A stretch of 63,942 bases of DNA, counting the filler, from Rhabdomonas costata (Eukaryota): NCBI GenBank assembly GCA_019059605.1. It is 53 parts of 53 records of this genome, joined end to end, with 100 filler letters (N's around TTAATTAATTAA, not from the genome) between each part and the next. Parts side by side here need not be neighbours in the genome. Positions count along the whole stretch, not along the records: positions 50,777 to 51,884 come from JAHMHO010028206.1; positions 51,985 to 53,092 come from JAHMHO010028207.1; positions 53,193 to 54,299 come from JAHMHO010028208.1; positions 54,400 to 55,507 come from JAHMHO010028209.1; positions 55,608 to 56,715 come from JAHMHO010028210.1; positions 56,816 to 57,923 come from JAHMHO010028211.1; positions 58,024 to 59,131 come from JAHMHO010028212.1; positions 59,232 to 60,339 come from JAHMHO010028213.1; 45 more parts are not named here. One strand, written 5' to 3'. Made by a program: the position numbers and the translations under genes. This document shows positions 51,383 through 63,141 of the stretch, one piece after another. Below the pieces are notes generated by a model, which saw only the letters and a list, made by a program, of their open reading frames with translations, had not been told where the DNA came from and ran no database searches. Each line of letters starts with the position of its first letter. The stretch's first letter is position 1.

Positions 51383-51517
51383 CATGCGCTGGGTAGTTTC
51401 TCCAGCAACACCCGCGTTAAGCACTGTGGCCTCCACCCCGGCGCTGGATAGCACCCTCTGCATCGCACGGGTGTAGGGGTGGAACCGAAGCTGAGGGCGG
51501 CCATGCCGAAAGCCCCA
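51383..51517 (-). CDS. SGNH/GDSL hydrolase exon
   Basis: WGFRHGRPQLRFHPYTRAMQRVLSSAGVEATVLNAGVAGETTQRM contains block II (NxGxxGETT). Bounded by CAG and GT. Confidence 0.75.
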
Positions 51518-54003
51518 CTGGGGGTGCGCAAACAGTCCATACCCTTATACAACGACAGAGAAGCGATCGCAAAACAAAAACATCGTCAAAATTGCACGGC
51601 AGAGAAAAAGACGCAATGGTGGAGCACACGAGTTGAAGCTAGGGTGGGTAGGGAAAGAACAGTCACCCAAGGGCTCTTCTGAATTATTTCACTAGTACTG
51701 ACATGATAAACAGGCTACCCACGCCGAACCTGAGAATTCCCCCCCAAACAAAAACAGTACCAGACCACCAACCGAACAATACAGAGATGAAAAGGTGGAC
51801 AGCAGAGGGAGAGGTACCTCCTTGGGTCAGCGAGTCCCCAAAGGCGAGCACCCGTAGCCCTGAGGCGGACTTGACCCCCCCAACNNNNNNNNNNNNNNNN
51901 NNNNNNNNNNNNNNNNNNNNNNNNNNNNTTAATTAATTAANNNNNNNNNNNNNNNNNNNNNNNNNNNNNNNNNNNNNNNNNNNNTGGTGTGGCGACCGGC
52001 TCGGATGGCTTCAGGCGATATGCAGAGCCACCGCTGCGGGAGCCGATGGCAGAGGGCTCGCTGGGAAAAGAGCTGCTCGTAGCGGTGGACGACGGCTGCT
52101 TCTCAAAAGCATCCACCGTGGTCAGGGTCCTTTACGTATGCACAGCGGAAAGAGGGAAGGGAAGGGCCACGATTTCGGGATCTGAGCTACGGGTAAGAAG
52201 CACTTATCCTTTTTAACCCCTACCTCGCCTTCTCCCCTCACCTTGAACCCCGCTGGGGCTTGTGTTTCTCTGGATTTGCGCCATGCCTGCAAACTGAGCA
52301 CCCGTGCAGCTCACGCCAACAATTGCAGGAGCCGTTTTTGCCATGAGAGAGGAAGTCGGTCCCATGGCACGGGAGTAAGCTCTTTTTCAGCATACTTGGG
52401 CCAACAGATCCGACCCTCCTCGGGTTGTGGAATGAGCCTTGCCAACCAAAAGGAATGACAGTCGAAACAAACACGAGTTCCGCTTTGCATGGGATGGATG
52501 AATAGGAGCGGCAGGCCCACCCCCCTTATATGTCTCGCCTTAAAGCGTGGGCATCGCCACCACCTGCAAAATCGAACGAAAGCCACCAATGAGGGGAGGG
52601 GCCATGTGGATACTAGTGAAATAAAGAGACATGGAGGCAAGCCTGCGAATCATGGCGAGCGAGGCAAAGGTCTTGAGGTTGGGCTGGTTCAGCGGTGAGA
52701 GCACGGAGGGCCCCGACGAGGGCGACGGGGGTACTGCCGTAGCGTGAAGCACACCGCTGGGCAGGGAGGCCCCCGTAGTCAGCACGGGGCCCCCGGTCTC
52801 AAGGGAGCGCGAGTGCTCTCCCGAGGTCGTTCCGTGCGTCTCTAAACGGAAGCGCACCTACCGAGAGCCTCAGAGAGAGAGAGGAAGCAGATTAAACTTC
52901 ACGTATGCGGCATGCTACCTGACAGATGGAGGTGCCTTGCCCTTACCTTTTCTGTACCACTAGGGTAGGTAGCCGTTTATCGCTCCAACACGGACAAACA
53001 GAAATGCCTCGCCCCAACAAAAGCGGACACACCAGAACTCGGGCCGTGCTCCGTGCTGAACCCTCGCGACCGGATCCGAACGGTCAACTCAGNNNNNNNN
53101 NNNNNNNNNNNNNNNNNNNNNNNNNNNNNNNNNNNNTTAATTAATTAANNNNNNNNNNNNNNNNNNNNNNNNNNNNNNNNNNNNNNNNNNNNTGTTTTTT
53201 TTTGCCCAATTTGTCCTAAAACAACCTAAAATACTCAACATTAGCTCGGAATTAGATAAAGAATAGCCCAAATTGGGCAAGAAAAAACGACAAATAGCAT
53301 GTGTCGTCCCCCTATCCCACAAGGGGAAGAGAGGACATAGCTGCACGTTTATTTGCCTTTTTTTTTCTTTTTAGGATTTTATTTTGGGTTTTGTCAACCA
53401 ATTGCTTGCGCGTTGTGGTGAGAAATCTTTGGCGATTGAATGTGCATTATGTTCGACGGTGAGTAAGTGTAAAGTTATCTCAATTGTCGAGTGTTACTTT
53501 GTTCCCTTTGTTCCCATTCCTGTGATACAATTTAGTTATTCAGAGGTTGTATTACACTCCGCTGCCACCCCTCGGCACCGACACATGTGAACAAATTATT
53601 TCCATAAAAAACCAACTTGAAATGTGTGGATTATTATTCTACAGACAGAACATACTCACTACTTTGCCGTGAATTGTTTGGTGAGATGTCTTTTGTTTCC
53701 AGCCCGTCGAGTTGTTAACGGGATAGGTGAACACCGTGGCACAAAACAGAGTGAGTGAACTTTTCGAGGAACAACGGGGTTGGAGCTAAAAGAAATATTT
53801 CGATTTTGCTGAAACCTTAAATTTCATATCGCCGCTAATAAATTTTTGGTGATATAAAAAGGAAGGACCCTTTACCAAACTTAACCGCTTCTCGATTCTT
53901 CAAATAGTCCGAAAAATTGTAATGCCTCCGAAACAATACAGTTAACACCCTTTCTGTCACCCAAAAAGATGGAACATTTGATGAGTTTTGATTCTCCAAA
54001 AAG

Positions 54004-54299
54004 GGTGTTTTGCTCACCGTTTTTCTGGCAACCGCTCAAACCATGGACATGTGCGAAGATGTTATCATGGGTGAAACCGGCCTCCCCGCGCTGAACAAGG
54101 AAGTTCCTCAGTCCTCTGTCGCGAATACATCCCTTTGCTTCGATCACTTTGACACGATTGCGAGGAACCTGCGAGTCCATGAGGTTGGCATTGGATGTTT
54201 TTGGTGGTCATTTTTTTTGTTGAAATCACTCTTTGTTGTCATTTCCAACTAACACGCACATTTCCAGGAGAAGTACCGTCCCAATCCTTCCCACAACAC
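54004..54299 (+). CDS. Class I cyclic nucleotide phosphodiesterase, start of catalytic domain
   Basis: Exon 54004-54183 ...IARNLRVHE and exon 54268-54299 EKYRPNPSHN match the Y..NP(Y/F)HN motif. The last bases may be primer-derived. Confidence 0.55.
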
Positions 54300-55616
54300 N
54301 NNNNNNNNNNNNNNNNNNNNNNNNNNNNNNNNNNNNNNNNNNNTTAATTAATTAANNNNNNNNNNNNNNNNNNNNNNNNNNNNNNNNNNNNNNNNNNNNG
54401 TTTTGTGTGTTGTTTCGGGCGATAACCTGAGCTCCTTACCCAGTGCAGTCAACGCGCAATTTGGATTCAACGCGTTCCATGGTTTAGTTCAGTGAAATGA
54501 GGTCTAGGGTGGGGGTGGGAGGTTGGGATGTCAACCTTGAAAGGGTTCCTCGGCCATATAACTAATCGTAAAATGCAGCCGAACCTGGTGGCCATGGTTT
54601 GCACTGGGCCTGAATGTGGACGTGGGAGCAGCGATACTGAAAGGGAACACAGGATGCGACTGGCGGAGACGGGTCGGTTCATTGGGGCCATAACTTCCTC
54701 CCTGCTTCCAATTAAGCTGGGATGATATTGTGCGCACCTACCCTCCACCGAAGCGGCATTTCATTGTGCCGCTTTCGAGTGTGATGAAAGACAGGGCCAG
54801 CCCATTGGTATTGCGGAATGAGCTGTATCCTGGACAACTAACTTGCCGTGCCAAGGAAGCACTATCCCTTCTACGGGACCCCCCCCCTCGCCGCGTCTGC
54901 TTTCCCGCGGTAACTTTGTTTGTAATGATTGTGATTCCAGCAGCAAAAGGCACTCTTCTGTAAAAAGAAACATTGCAAATTGTTTTTTCTGGTGGGTCAC
55001 ACGTTTTGGGCTTTGCGGGTTTTGCACTGTCCCTTTGGGGGGTGGGAACTGCAGAGCAATCGGGATCTCTCTCGCCGTAGCACCCCTCTCTCCTCGTGCC
55101 TATGCCCTCCCTGGCCTTCCTGAAGGACGGCCAGCCAGTCCCTCTGGCCGCTCTCATGAAAAGATTGCATCTAAACTCCCGAATGACTCCTTTTTTGTGG
55201 GGTTTCCTTTCCCTGGTACCCTGGGTTCCCTGGGGTTTCCCTTTTTTTTTTTGCTTGTTTTTGCTATTTTGGACGGAACGCCCCTTCCTTACTTGGTTGG
55301 CTTCCATGCAGCTTCCTCGCTGCTTGGGCGGGGTGAGGGGCTGGAGTGCACAGCTCGTTTTGTCATCTGCCCTTCTGTTTCTCCGCGCTTTTTCTTTTCC
55401 TTTGGATCCATGTTCCCCCATGTGTTGTCCCGCTGCATCCTTCGTGCATGTGCCTCTGTCCCCACCCGCAAGCATTGCTACCCCTGCACACCAACCCAAC
55501 CAACAACNNNNNNNNNNNNNNNNNNNNNNNNNNNNNNNNNNNNNNNNNNNNTTAATTAATTAANNNNNNNNNNNNNNNNNNNNNNNNNNNNNNNNNNNNN
55601 NNNNNNNGGGTTTGGG

Positions 55617-55744
55617 GGTTCTCAAGTCAAATTTTCTTGACATTGTGGACGTTTTGGTTGGATGGTTTCTGAACATCAGTCTCAACATCCAGAAACCATC
55701 CAACCAAAACGTCCACAATGTCAAGAAAATTTGACTTGAGAACC
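55617..55744. repeat. Terminal inverted repeat (55-bp arms), probable amplification fold-back
   Basis: 55617-55671 is the reverse complement of 55690-55744. It duplicates SMG1 coding sequence at the contig start. Confidence 0.9.
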
Positions 55745-55944
55745 TCCAAGCACCGCTGGCTGATCAGCAACAAAATCTGCAGAGAAACGGCAAAAGGGTA
55801 CTGTAAAGAGTTAACAATGTGTGCACCACTCCGGCCTGACGGATCATACAAAAACACCTGAAGTATCTCGGAAAGCGTCTCCAACGTAGAGGCATGTTCC
55901 AAAAGATTGCAAAGTACTGAAACTCGCATTGGAAGTGCAGGGAT
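55672..55944 (-). CDS. SMG1: SMG1 PIKK kinase N-terminal fragment
   Basis: VSVLCNLLEHASTLETLSEILQ, an 81-nt GT-AG intron (55857-55777), then ILLLISQRCLEVLKSNFLDIVDVLVGWFLD. This matches the recalled SMG1 motif F-x-D-(I/T)-VD(I/L)LVGW-x-(I/L)D. Confidence 0.78.
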
Positions 55945-57078
55945 CTAAGAAATGGCAAGTGAGAAAGCAGAGGACTTAAAGGCAGTTCAAAAGCCAGAAG
56001 ATGACATGCAACGGCACACACCACAGGAAGGCTCCTGAGCTCTTCCTTAAAAGTGCGAAGGAAAAAAGGTGACCTGAAAAGAAGTTAGGGAGGGAAGTGC
56101 AATTAAAGCAAACACGCTCATCTGATCTCTGCTGTTCCAGCACTGTTGTCTTCCTTTCGTCATTCCATAAAAATTCGCTTTGGTCTCGCAGGGCAGATAA
56201 CGCGCAGACCTGCCACCTACCGCGCCTACCTACCTGCCACGACCCTGCGCGATGCGGTGGCCAGGCTGTTCCAAAAGACAGGATACACGATCATGACCAC
56301 GAGCACGGAAGCCCAGTAAAGAGGAGACCAGAGCGCCCCGCAGACCTCCTGGTTCACAGCTGGAACGGGTTCCCGCTTGCGTGGTGCCGTCGAGGGCCCG
56401 ATGAACAGCTGCAGTGCCTTGTCCGCTGGCTTCCATCTCTTCCCTCATTCCCATCTGCTTGTCACCGGCTCTCTTGTCTTCTCCATTTCTGCCTGGAATC
56501 CTCAACCCAGCTTCTTCTGACCAAGGTAGTAGCACCCTGGCGTGGTCCCCATACTCTAAACTCTCCGCGGGCGCACCACCTTTTTGGGTGTTGTTGGATT
56601 CTTTCCTATTATGGCTGCAGCAGGACTCATCACTTCCCAGTGTCCATCCTTCGCGGAGTTGACCAGGGGGATGTTCTTATCTGATGATCCAGCGTGTCAA
56701 CAATTACCACACACCNNNNNNNNNNNNNNNNNNNNNNNNNNNNNNNNNNNNNNNNNNNNTTAATTAATTAANNNNNNNNNNNNNNNNNNNNNNNNNNNNN
56801 NNNNNNNNNNNNNNNTTTTGGGGGGTCTCGGCTTGCGACAATAATCCCAGGCTTTTTTGCTCTCAATCTGAGGAACCTGAACAAAGAATGATGGCCGCAG
56901 ACCCTGCTCTGCAAGTGATAGACAGGCAACGGCGCCTGAAAGTAACCTGCCGTGATGGAGCTGATGTTTCGGAGCATCTCATATTTCCTCCTTTAGCTCA
57001 GCTTCGCATTCCTCCAGCCTGTTTGGTTTCTCCCCTTTTACACCATTTGACTCTCACGCCAACCTCCCCGCTGCCCGC

Positions 57079-57480
57079 ATGCTGCAGCAGCCCCGGGAGC
57101 CGGAGCCTGTGGAACCCCCTACGACAAGGGCGCGCCGTCGTGAGTCGCCCAGCCCGACAGCATTCACCATTCGGGTCAAGGACTGCCTCCTCGCCACCTG
57201 TGTGCTGCTGCCCGCGGGGTATGTGGGGATCTACCGGAGGTATCGGGAACGGCTGGCCCTCTCCCCAGGGAGCTTCCTGGGCCTGTGGGCCTTCATCAGC
57301 GTATTGACCCCCCCGCTGGTCATGGGGGCGAATAACCTACTCCTGCAGCGCAAGGTGTGGAGGCTGTACAAAAAGCACCTGGAGCTGCAGCAAGAGGAGC
57401 TGGCCAGGCTGGAGAAGCAGCGGCAGGAGCAGCAGCGCAGCGCCGCGGCTGTGCACAGGCCATGGTGGAAGATATGGTGA
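57079..57480 (+). CDS. Small two-TM + coiled-coil protein ending RPWWKIW
   Basis: GC3-rich ORF with two hydrophobic segments, a Q/E-rich coil and a stop at 57478-57480. The true start may lie in an upstream exon. Confidence 0.65.
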   Translation: MLQQPREPEPVEPPTTRARRRESPSPTAFTIRVKDCLLATCVLLPAGYVGIYRRYRERLALSPGSFLGLWAFISVLTPPLVMGANNLLLQRKVWRLYKKHLELQQEELARLEKQRQEQQRSAAAVHRPWWKIW

Positions 57481-60400
57481 TGGTGAAACGGAGGACGGTG
57501 AGGATAGGGAAGTTCCGTCCTTGCTTTGGATGCATTTTGGGATGACTTGCTTGGAGGCTGTGGTTGTAGGTTTCCGCCGCCCACTCACATGGCAGCCAAC
57601 GCACAACAAGAGCTGCTTCTTTGGGCTTCTTTTGGTTCACTTTAAAGATTCATGTAATGGGCTGATGGAGAGATGGATGGTTGGAACTCATTCGTTCTTC
57701 AGTTTTTTTTGGGGGGGGGCGCCAAACAATGTTTTGCGAGTTGTCGAGCCCGAGAAAGGTTGAGTTTGAGCCCAACATTCGTTCTTGTCGTAGATTTAGG
57801 GGACAAGGGAGAGCTGAAAGAAGAAAGGCGAATAAAAAAGACAAGAGAATGGTTCGGGGCTGCAGCTTCGCATGTTTTTCTTGTGCTGTACTGTCCTTCC
57901 CCGGCTCCTCTGCACCCACCAACNNNNNNNNNNNNNNNNNNNNNNNNNNNNNNNNNNNNNNNNNNNNTTAATTAATTAANNNNNNNNNNNNNNNNNNNNN
58001 NNNNNNNNNNNNNNNNNNNNNNNTGTTGGTTTGGGCTGAGGCGCTCCATTCCCTTTTGCACTGAAATCGCCAGCACTTCGCTTCAGTTCATGACATGCAT
58101 GCCTCAGCCCAAAGCAACCTCGTTCAGGCCGACCAAGTTGGTAGCATCACAGGGCAAAAGGGCAAGGGTGAGAGGAGACAAAACACATCCAAATTCTGGC
58201 TCAACAAATCGCGGCCCCCACCCGCAAGGACACACAGCTGCTGATGAGGGGTACTGCCCACCGAGCATGTTTGGTGCCACAGCTCAGAATACTGTAGTAC
58301 ACACTGATTCACCAGTTCTCAGATCTAAAAGCAAGAGATTGCTGCCACTTAAACAGACACAACTGTCCCTAAGTCAAAGATCAATATCTTCTTATTCTTA
58401 CCTTTATCAGATGAGGTGTCGTGACCACACTTCCTGTGAGATCGAAGCATTTATTTAAGCATAAATTTTACCTTATCTCTTGCACGGAATGAACTGCAAA
58501 TTCAAACATACCCGGAGCAGGCCTGAAGTCGGTGGCTCGTCTGGGGACTGCAGGGGATGACCTACGGGCACCTCATTGCGAGCCGGAAGGCCCGGGGTGC
58601 TGGACAGTGGATGCGACGGCCAGGAGTCCCTCTCGGCAGGCTCAACCGGCGGCTTTGAGGGAAAGTAACGAGATGAAAGGTCAGGGAAGAAAAATGCTAA
58701 TCGCTTGCAAGCAAGGAGACAAGCTGTAGAGCCTATAAATTGAAGATAATTTGAATTTCGAGTTCAAACGGCAAGACTAGCTAAGAAGTAATGGGCGAGC
58801 ACCCAAGGCGAGGACGGTTCCCAAACCACGGAAGAAGATGATCAGACGAGCAACCACAAATGCGAGATCATGGATCCTAAAACTAAATTGAGAGCAAACA
58901 CGGAAACAACTTAAACACAGAAGCAACAAAAAGGGAGCACGCTGCGCGGTGACAGCTAAAAGATGCGCGTATAATAACAAGGCAGAGAATCAAATGCTTG
59001 GCTGGTCAGCAAAAAGTGTATGGCTTCCACACTAGTATTGAGCTTGTCAAGAGGTCAAAACGAGGGAGCACACCACAGCGGGCTTTCTGGGCTCGTTGAC
59101 TGGTAGCTCAGGCCTGGGCAGAAACAACACCNNNNNNNNNNNNNNNNNNNNNNNNNNNNNNNNNNNNNNNNNNNNTTAATTAATTAANNNNNNNNNNNNN
59201 NNNNNNNNNNNNNNNNNNNNNNNNNNNNNNNTTTTTGGTCAGCACGCAACCCCCTTTTACCGAAACATTACACACCGCCTGCCTTGCCGCGTTACAGATG
59301 AAAAAAAAAAGAGACAGTTCACCGTAACAATTCACCTGATCCTTTTGTTGTCATGATACACGTGGTAGACAGAATGGGGATTTTCTGCTACGGTTACAAC
59401 TCAACACCACCTCCCTTGACTTGTGAAACCCTCAATGGGTTTCAATGGCCTCAACGAAAAAGAAACATTACTATCATGCTCTGGCCGTTTCGGTACTTCT
59501 TTTTAACGCCAGGCTTTAGTCTGGTCCTAACTTCATTTTGAATTCAACTCAACCGGGGCCTGTTATAACCCATGTATCATCACGTTTCAAGTTTCACGTT
59601 TCCACAGTAAACCACCATCAAATCTCCCCCCCCCCACCTCTGCACCTTCAAGGCCCGATTTTTCGGATCGTAGTTCAATGAGCCACACGTGCCATGGGTG
59701 AAAAGTGAAAAACTTCCGAATTCTCCGAAAGTGATCTTACCTCCCGGTTGGCAACGTCTCCGCTTCCCAGAATCTTTCCCTGAACGTGTTTGATTAGTCC
59801 ATTAACTCGCAGCCTGGTCCCGTGCAACCAACACTACAACGTCGTACTGCAGGCTGAAAAACTTCCAGTCTTTGTTTTATTCAAAAGCATTTGTTTCAGA
59901 ATTCAGTAGACAGGCCCAAGGCGAAGGGATCCACCTGCTTTCCGTATCTGAAGCATCCGCAGCTCCTGCGCATTGAAACTCAAGGGTTTCGGCGCGGATA
60001 TGCTAAAGGGCAAGGGTTACTTCACCAATTTCCCATCCAGCGGCAGGTCGTTCGGCCCTGGGAAACCGTGCGCCCTCTGCACACCGCGCAAGGACTTCCT
60101 GACGTGGGCTTTTTTGGGGACGCTGCAGATAAACCATAGCCATCACCCCACTTTACTACTGGGCACTGAAGGACAGGTGGGCAGCAACAAGGTGGCAACG
60201 GCGGGACAGTGGTAGCTGCCTGAGGGGTGAGGCAACTGCCCCTGCCGCTGCATTCGACGGTACGCCTCCACGATGTGCTGGGGCAGTAGCAGCTCTGAAA
60301 CAAAGGGAAACTATGGGTGACTGTGGCTGCACAACAACCNNNNNNNNNNNNNNNNNNNNNNNNNNNNNNNNNNNNNNNNNNNNTTAATTAATTAANNNNN

Positions 60401-63141
60401 NNNNNNNNNNNNNNNNNNNNNNNNNNNNNNNNNNNNNNNGTTTGTTGTTTGTGTGTGTGTGGGGGGGGCCTTACGACCAGCACTTTCTGGTCCACTCTGG
60501 TTCTGAGGTCGTGCTTATGGGCTTCGGTTGGGCGTCACCAGATTGGCTCTTGACACTGGTTTCGGGAGGCGCATGGTTGTGTCGAAGAGAGGCCTTTTCG
60601 CTTGGCGGCATGTCCGCTGGTCACCTAAGCTGGACTTCATTTTCGAACCGGGCCTTAAATGGCCCACGTCCTCTCATAAGAGGTGGAAGTAGAAGCACAG
60701 AACAGACCAAAAGAAGCAAAGCACCTCCAAGGGAAAACCAGTTGCACCTCGCCCCTTTATTCTTTCCGAAGTCCGAAAATGTCTGATTTGAGTGAACCTT
60801 TTTGTTTTGATTGCAACGTTTTGAGGTAACATGGGCAATATTTGGGGTCACAGTTATTCTCCTGACGAATGATCAGAATGATTATTCTCGACACTGGGTT
60901 TGTAATTGTCCTGGAAATTGTTCACTGTGTAATGTTCACCACGGAAAAAACAACGAGGCACAAGAACAACCGAAAGTAGCAGGAAGGAAGAGACACTATG
61001 CACAGTGCAATGCAGAAAAGATGGGAAGTGGACTGTCAAAGATTGAAGAAAGACAAAGGAAAGGGACCGAGAGCAAAGGGGCAGCAGCGAACTGGGGGCC
61101 CGAAACTCTAGAGGGAAGGGTAGAGGGACACAGTGGAGCTCGCGTGGAGAAAGAAGCAGCACCGCACGAGGAGCACGGGAAAGCAGCGGACGCTAGGACG
61201 GGAGAGGGCCAAAGAAAATCAAGAAATGGGTGGTTGAGCACGTACAACATCGAAGGCAGGAGGGCGGAAGGGGGGGAAGTAATAGACGAGGGGGAATGAC
61301 TGTTGGACAGGCGACCATTGTCTACAACGACGACGACGACGTCTATAAAATTTCTAGAACACAACGTAGACCCACCCGACATGGCAGCACAACATGCGGT
61401 GTGGAGCTTAACACATGCTACCCTCCACCGAGAAGCCAGCCGGAGCCGGGGAACCCCCCGGGTCGTTGTACAGGGTCGGGTAGGCCCGCAGGAGCATGGC
61501 GGCCGACCCTTGTATTACCGCCACCCNNNNNNNNNNNNNNNNNNNNNNNNNNNNNNNNNNNNNNNNNNNNTTAATTAATTAANNNNNNNNNNNNNNNNNN
61601 NNNNNNNNNNNNNNNNNNNNNNNNNNAGAACAAACCCGTGTTTGCACAGTTCCGCTGCGTGAGTGCAGACTGATTACTTTTTTTTTGAGGCAAGCAGGAA
61701 GGTCAGCTGTTGTGCTTCTGCTTTGATTTCTCCACTGTGAACCTGGTTTTCCCGCACCACGTTGTCTTCGGTGCCTTGTATATGAATCTACACCAATCTG
61801 TTGATAAAAAATGTTGATTCAATTATGTTTAAAATTTTTATGTTTTGTTTAATTGAAAAAATTTGCAACAGGGGTCCGACATAAAAAATTCAAACTTGTA
61901 GTCCAAATTCGATTTAAATCACTCAGTCGAGGAATGCATAGCGAGTTTTTCTGGTGCAAATTCTCCAAGAGGACATGGCGGAGGACATTGCAGGCTCCCT
62001 GGAGCAGCTCTAGCATATCTTTATGCGGGAATTTCTTGTGCTCCTTTGTTTTGTGCCTTAAAATATAAGTATCCCCAAAAAGGAGGCTCTTTGTGCAAAG
62101 TGCTGGGTCCGCCTTTATGGGGTGTTTTCTCATTGCCGTTCCCTACGGTCATTTTCAATCAGTGATGCTGCTGCCGCTGCCGCTGCCGCTGCATCGATAG
62201 TTCCCGCTGCGCCGCCTCCAGCACCTGCGGCTCCCGCAGGTTACTTTGAATTGTTGCTTCACTTTCCCGTTTTTCACTACCCCTTGGAGCCGAGCTTGTG
62301 ATTGCAAATTTTGGCGAATTTGTTAGGGGGTGCCAGTCTGCACTGTGCCATTTTGACGCAATATTTCCTGCCTTGCGGACTTCAAGGGTGCTTTGGTTAA
62401 ACCGCCCCCCCCCCCGTCTGCGTTTCTTGGCTTTAATGCCGGAACGGATTAATGGATTATTAACCTGCTTAACCTGTAAGAAATATTTTTGCATTACCGC
62501 TTCGAGGAGAGGGTCCTGACCTTTTCCCACGGGAGGGTCGGACGGCAGTATTAGACCAGCACCACGACTTAAAAAATCCACTCCCATCGCACCAACGCCG
62601 CCATTTTTTTCTTGATTTTTTTTTGTGGGGCGAGGAAGGGCGCACAAGGTACCGAGACAGCCACAAAAATATTTTGAAGGATAATTGGGAGAGCTAGAGA
62701 GAGAGAGAGAAAGGAAGCAGAGGAAAACAAACAANNNNNNNNNNNNNNNNNNNNNNNNNNNNNNNNNNNNNNNNNNNNTTAATTAATTAANNNNNNNNNN
62801 NNNNNNNNNNNNNNNNNNNNNNNNNNNNNNNNNNGGGGTTTGGGTAAACACACTGGTGCGGATAGTGTCAGACAGCGAAATCGTTTCGAATCCAAACTCA
62901 CAATCCACTGGTCTCAGTCAAACGTACTGGCGTGATGCTGAAGGCAACTCTTGCCCCACCCCCCCAACCAGGACTTCCCATGGCATGGGACCCTGGCTGG
63001 GGCTATAAGTTGCCCTGGTGTGCATGATTTACTGGAGTCTCAGTTCACAGCCGACTCTTGGGATGACGGCTGAGGAAGGCCATACAGGCGCCCCTTTCCA
63101 AGGTTCCTGCAGAAGCATCACTGCAGCACACACCGCGGCAC

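Noticed and set aside
18428-54299. HK, cyclase and PDE fragments as a physical signalling cluster or operon
   Set aside because: They lie on separate contigs of near-identical length, apparently ordered by size, so adjacency is meaningless.
54738-55559. Long overlapping ORFs (253 aa on minus, 238 aa on plus); similarly 76-735 and 60811-61299
   Set aside because: Low-complexity purine/pyrimidine-skewed sequence with no motifs or codon bias. Most likely chance ORFs over intronic or intergenic DNA.
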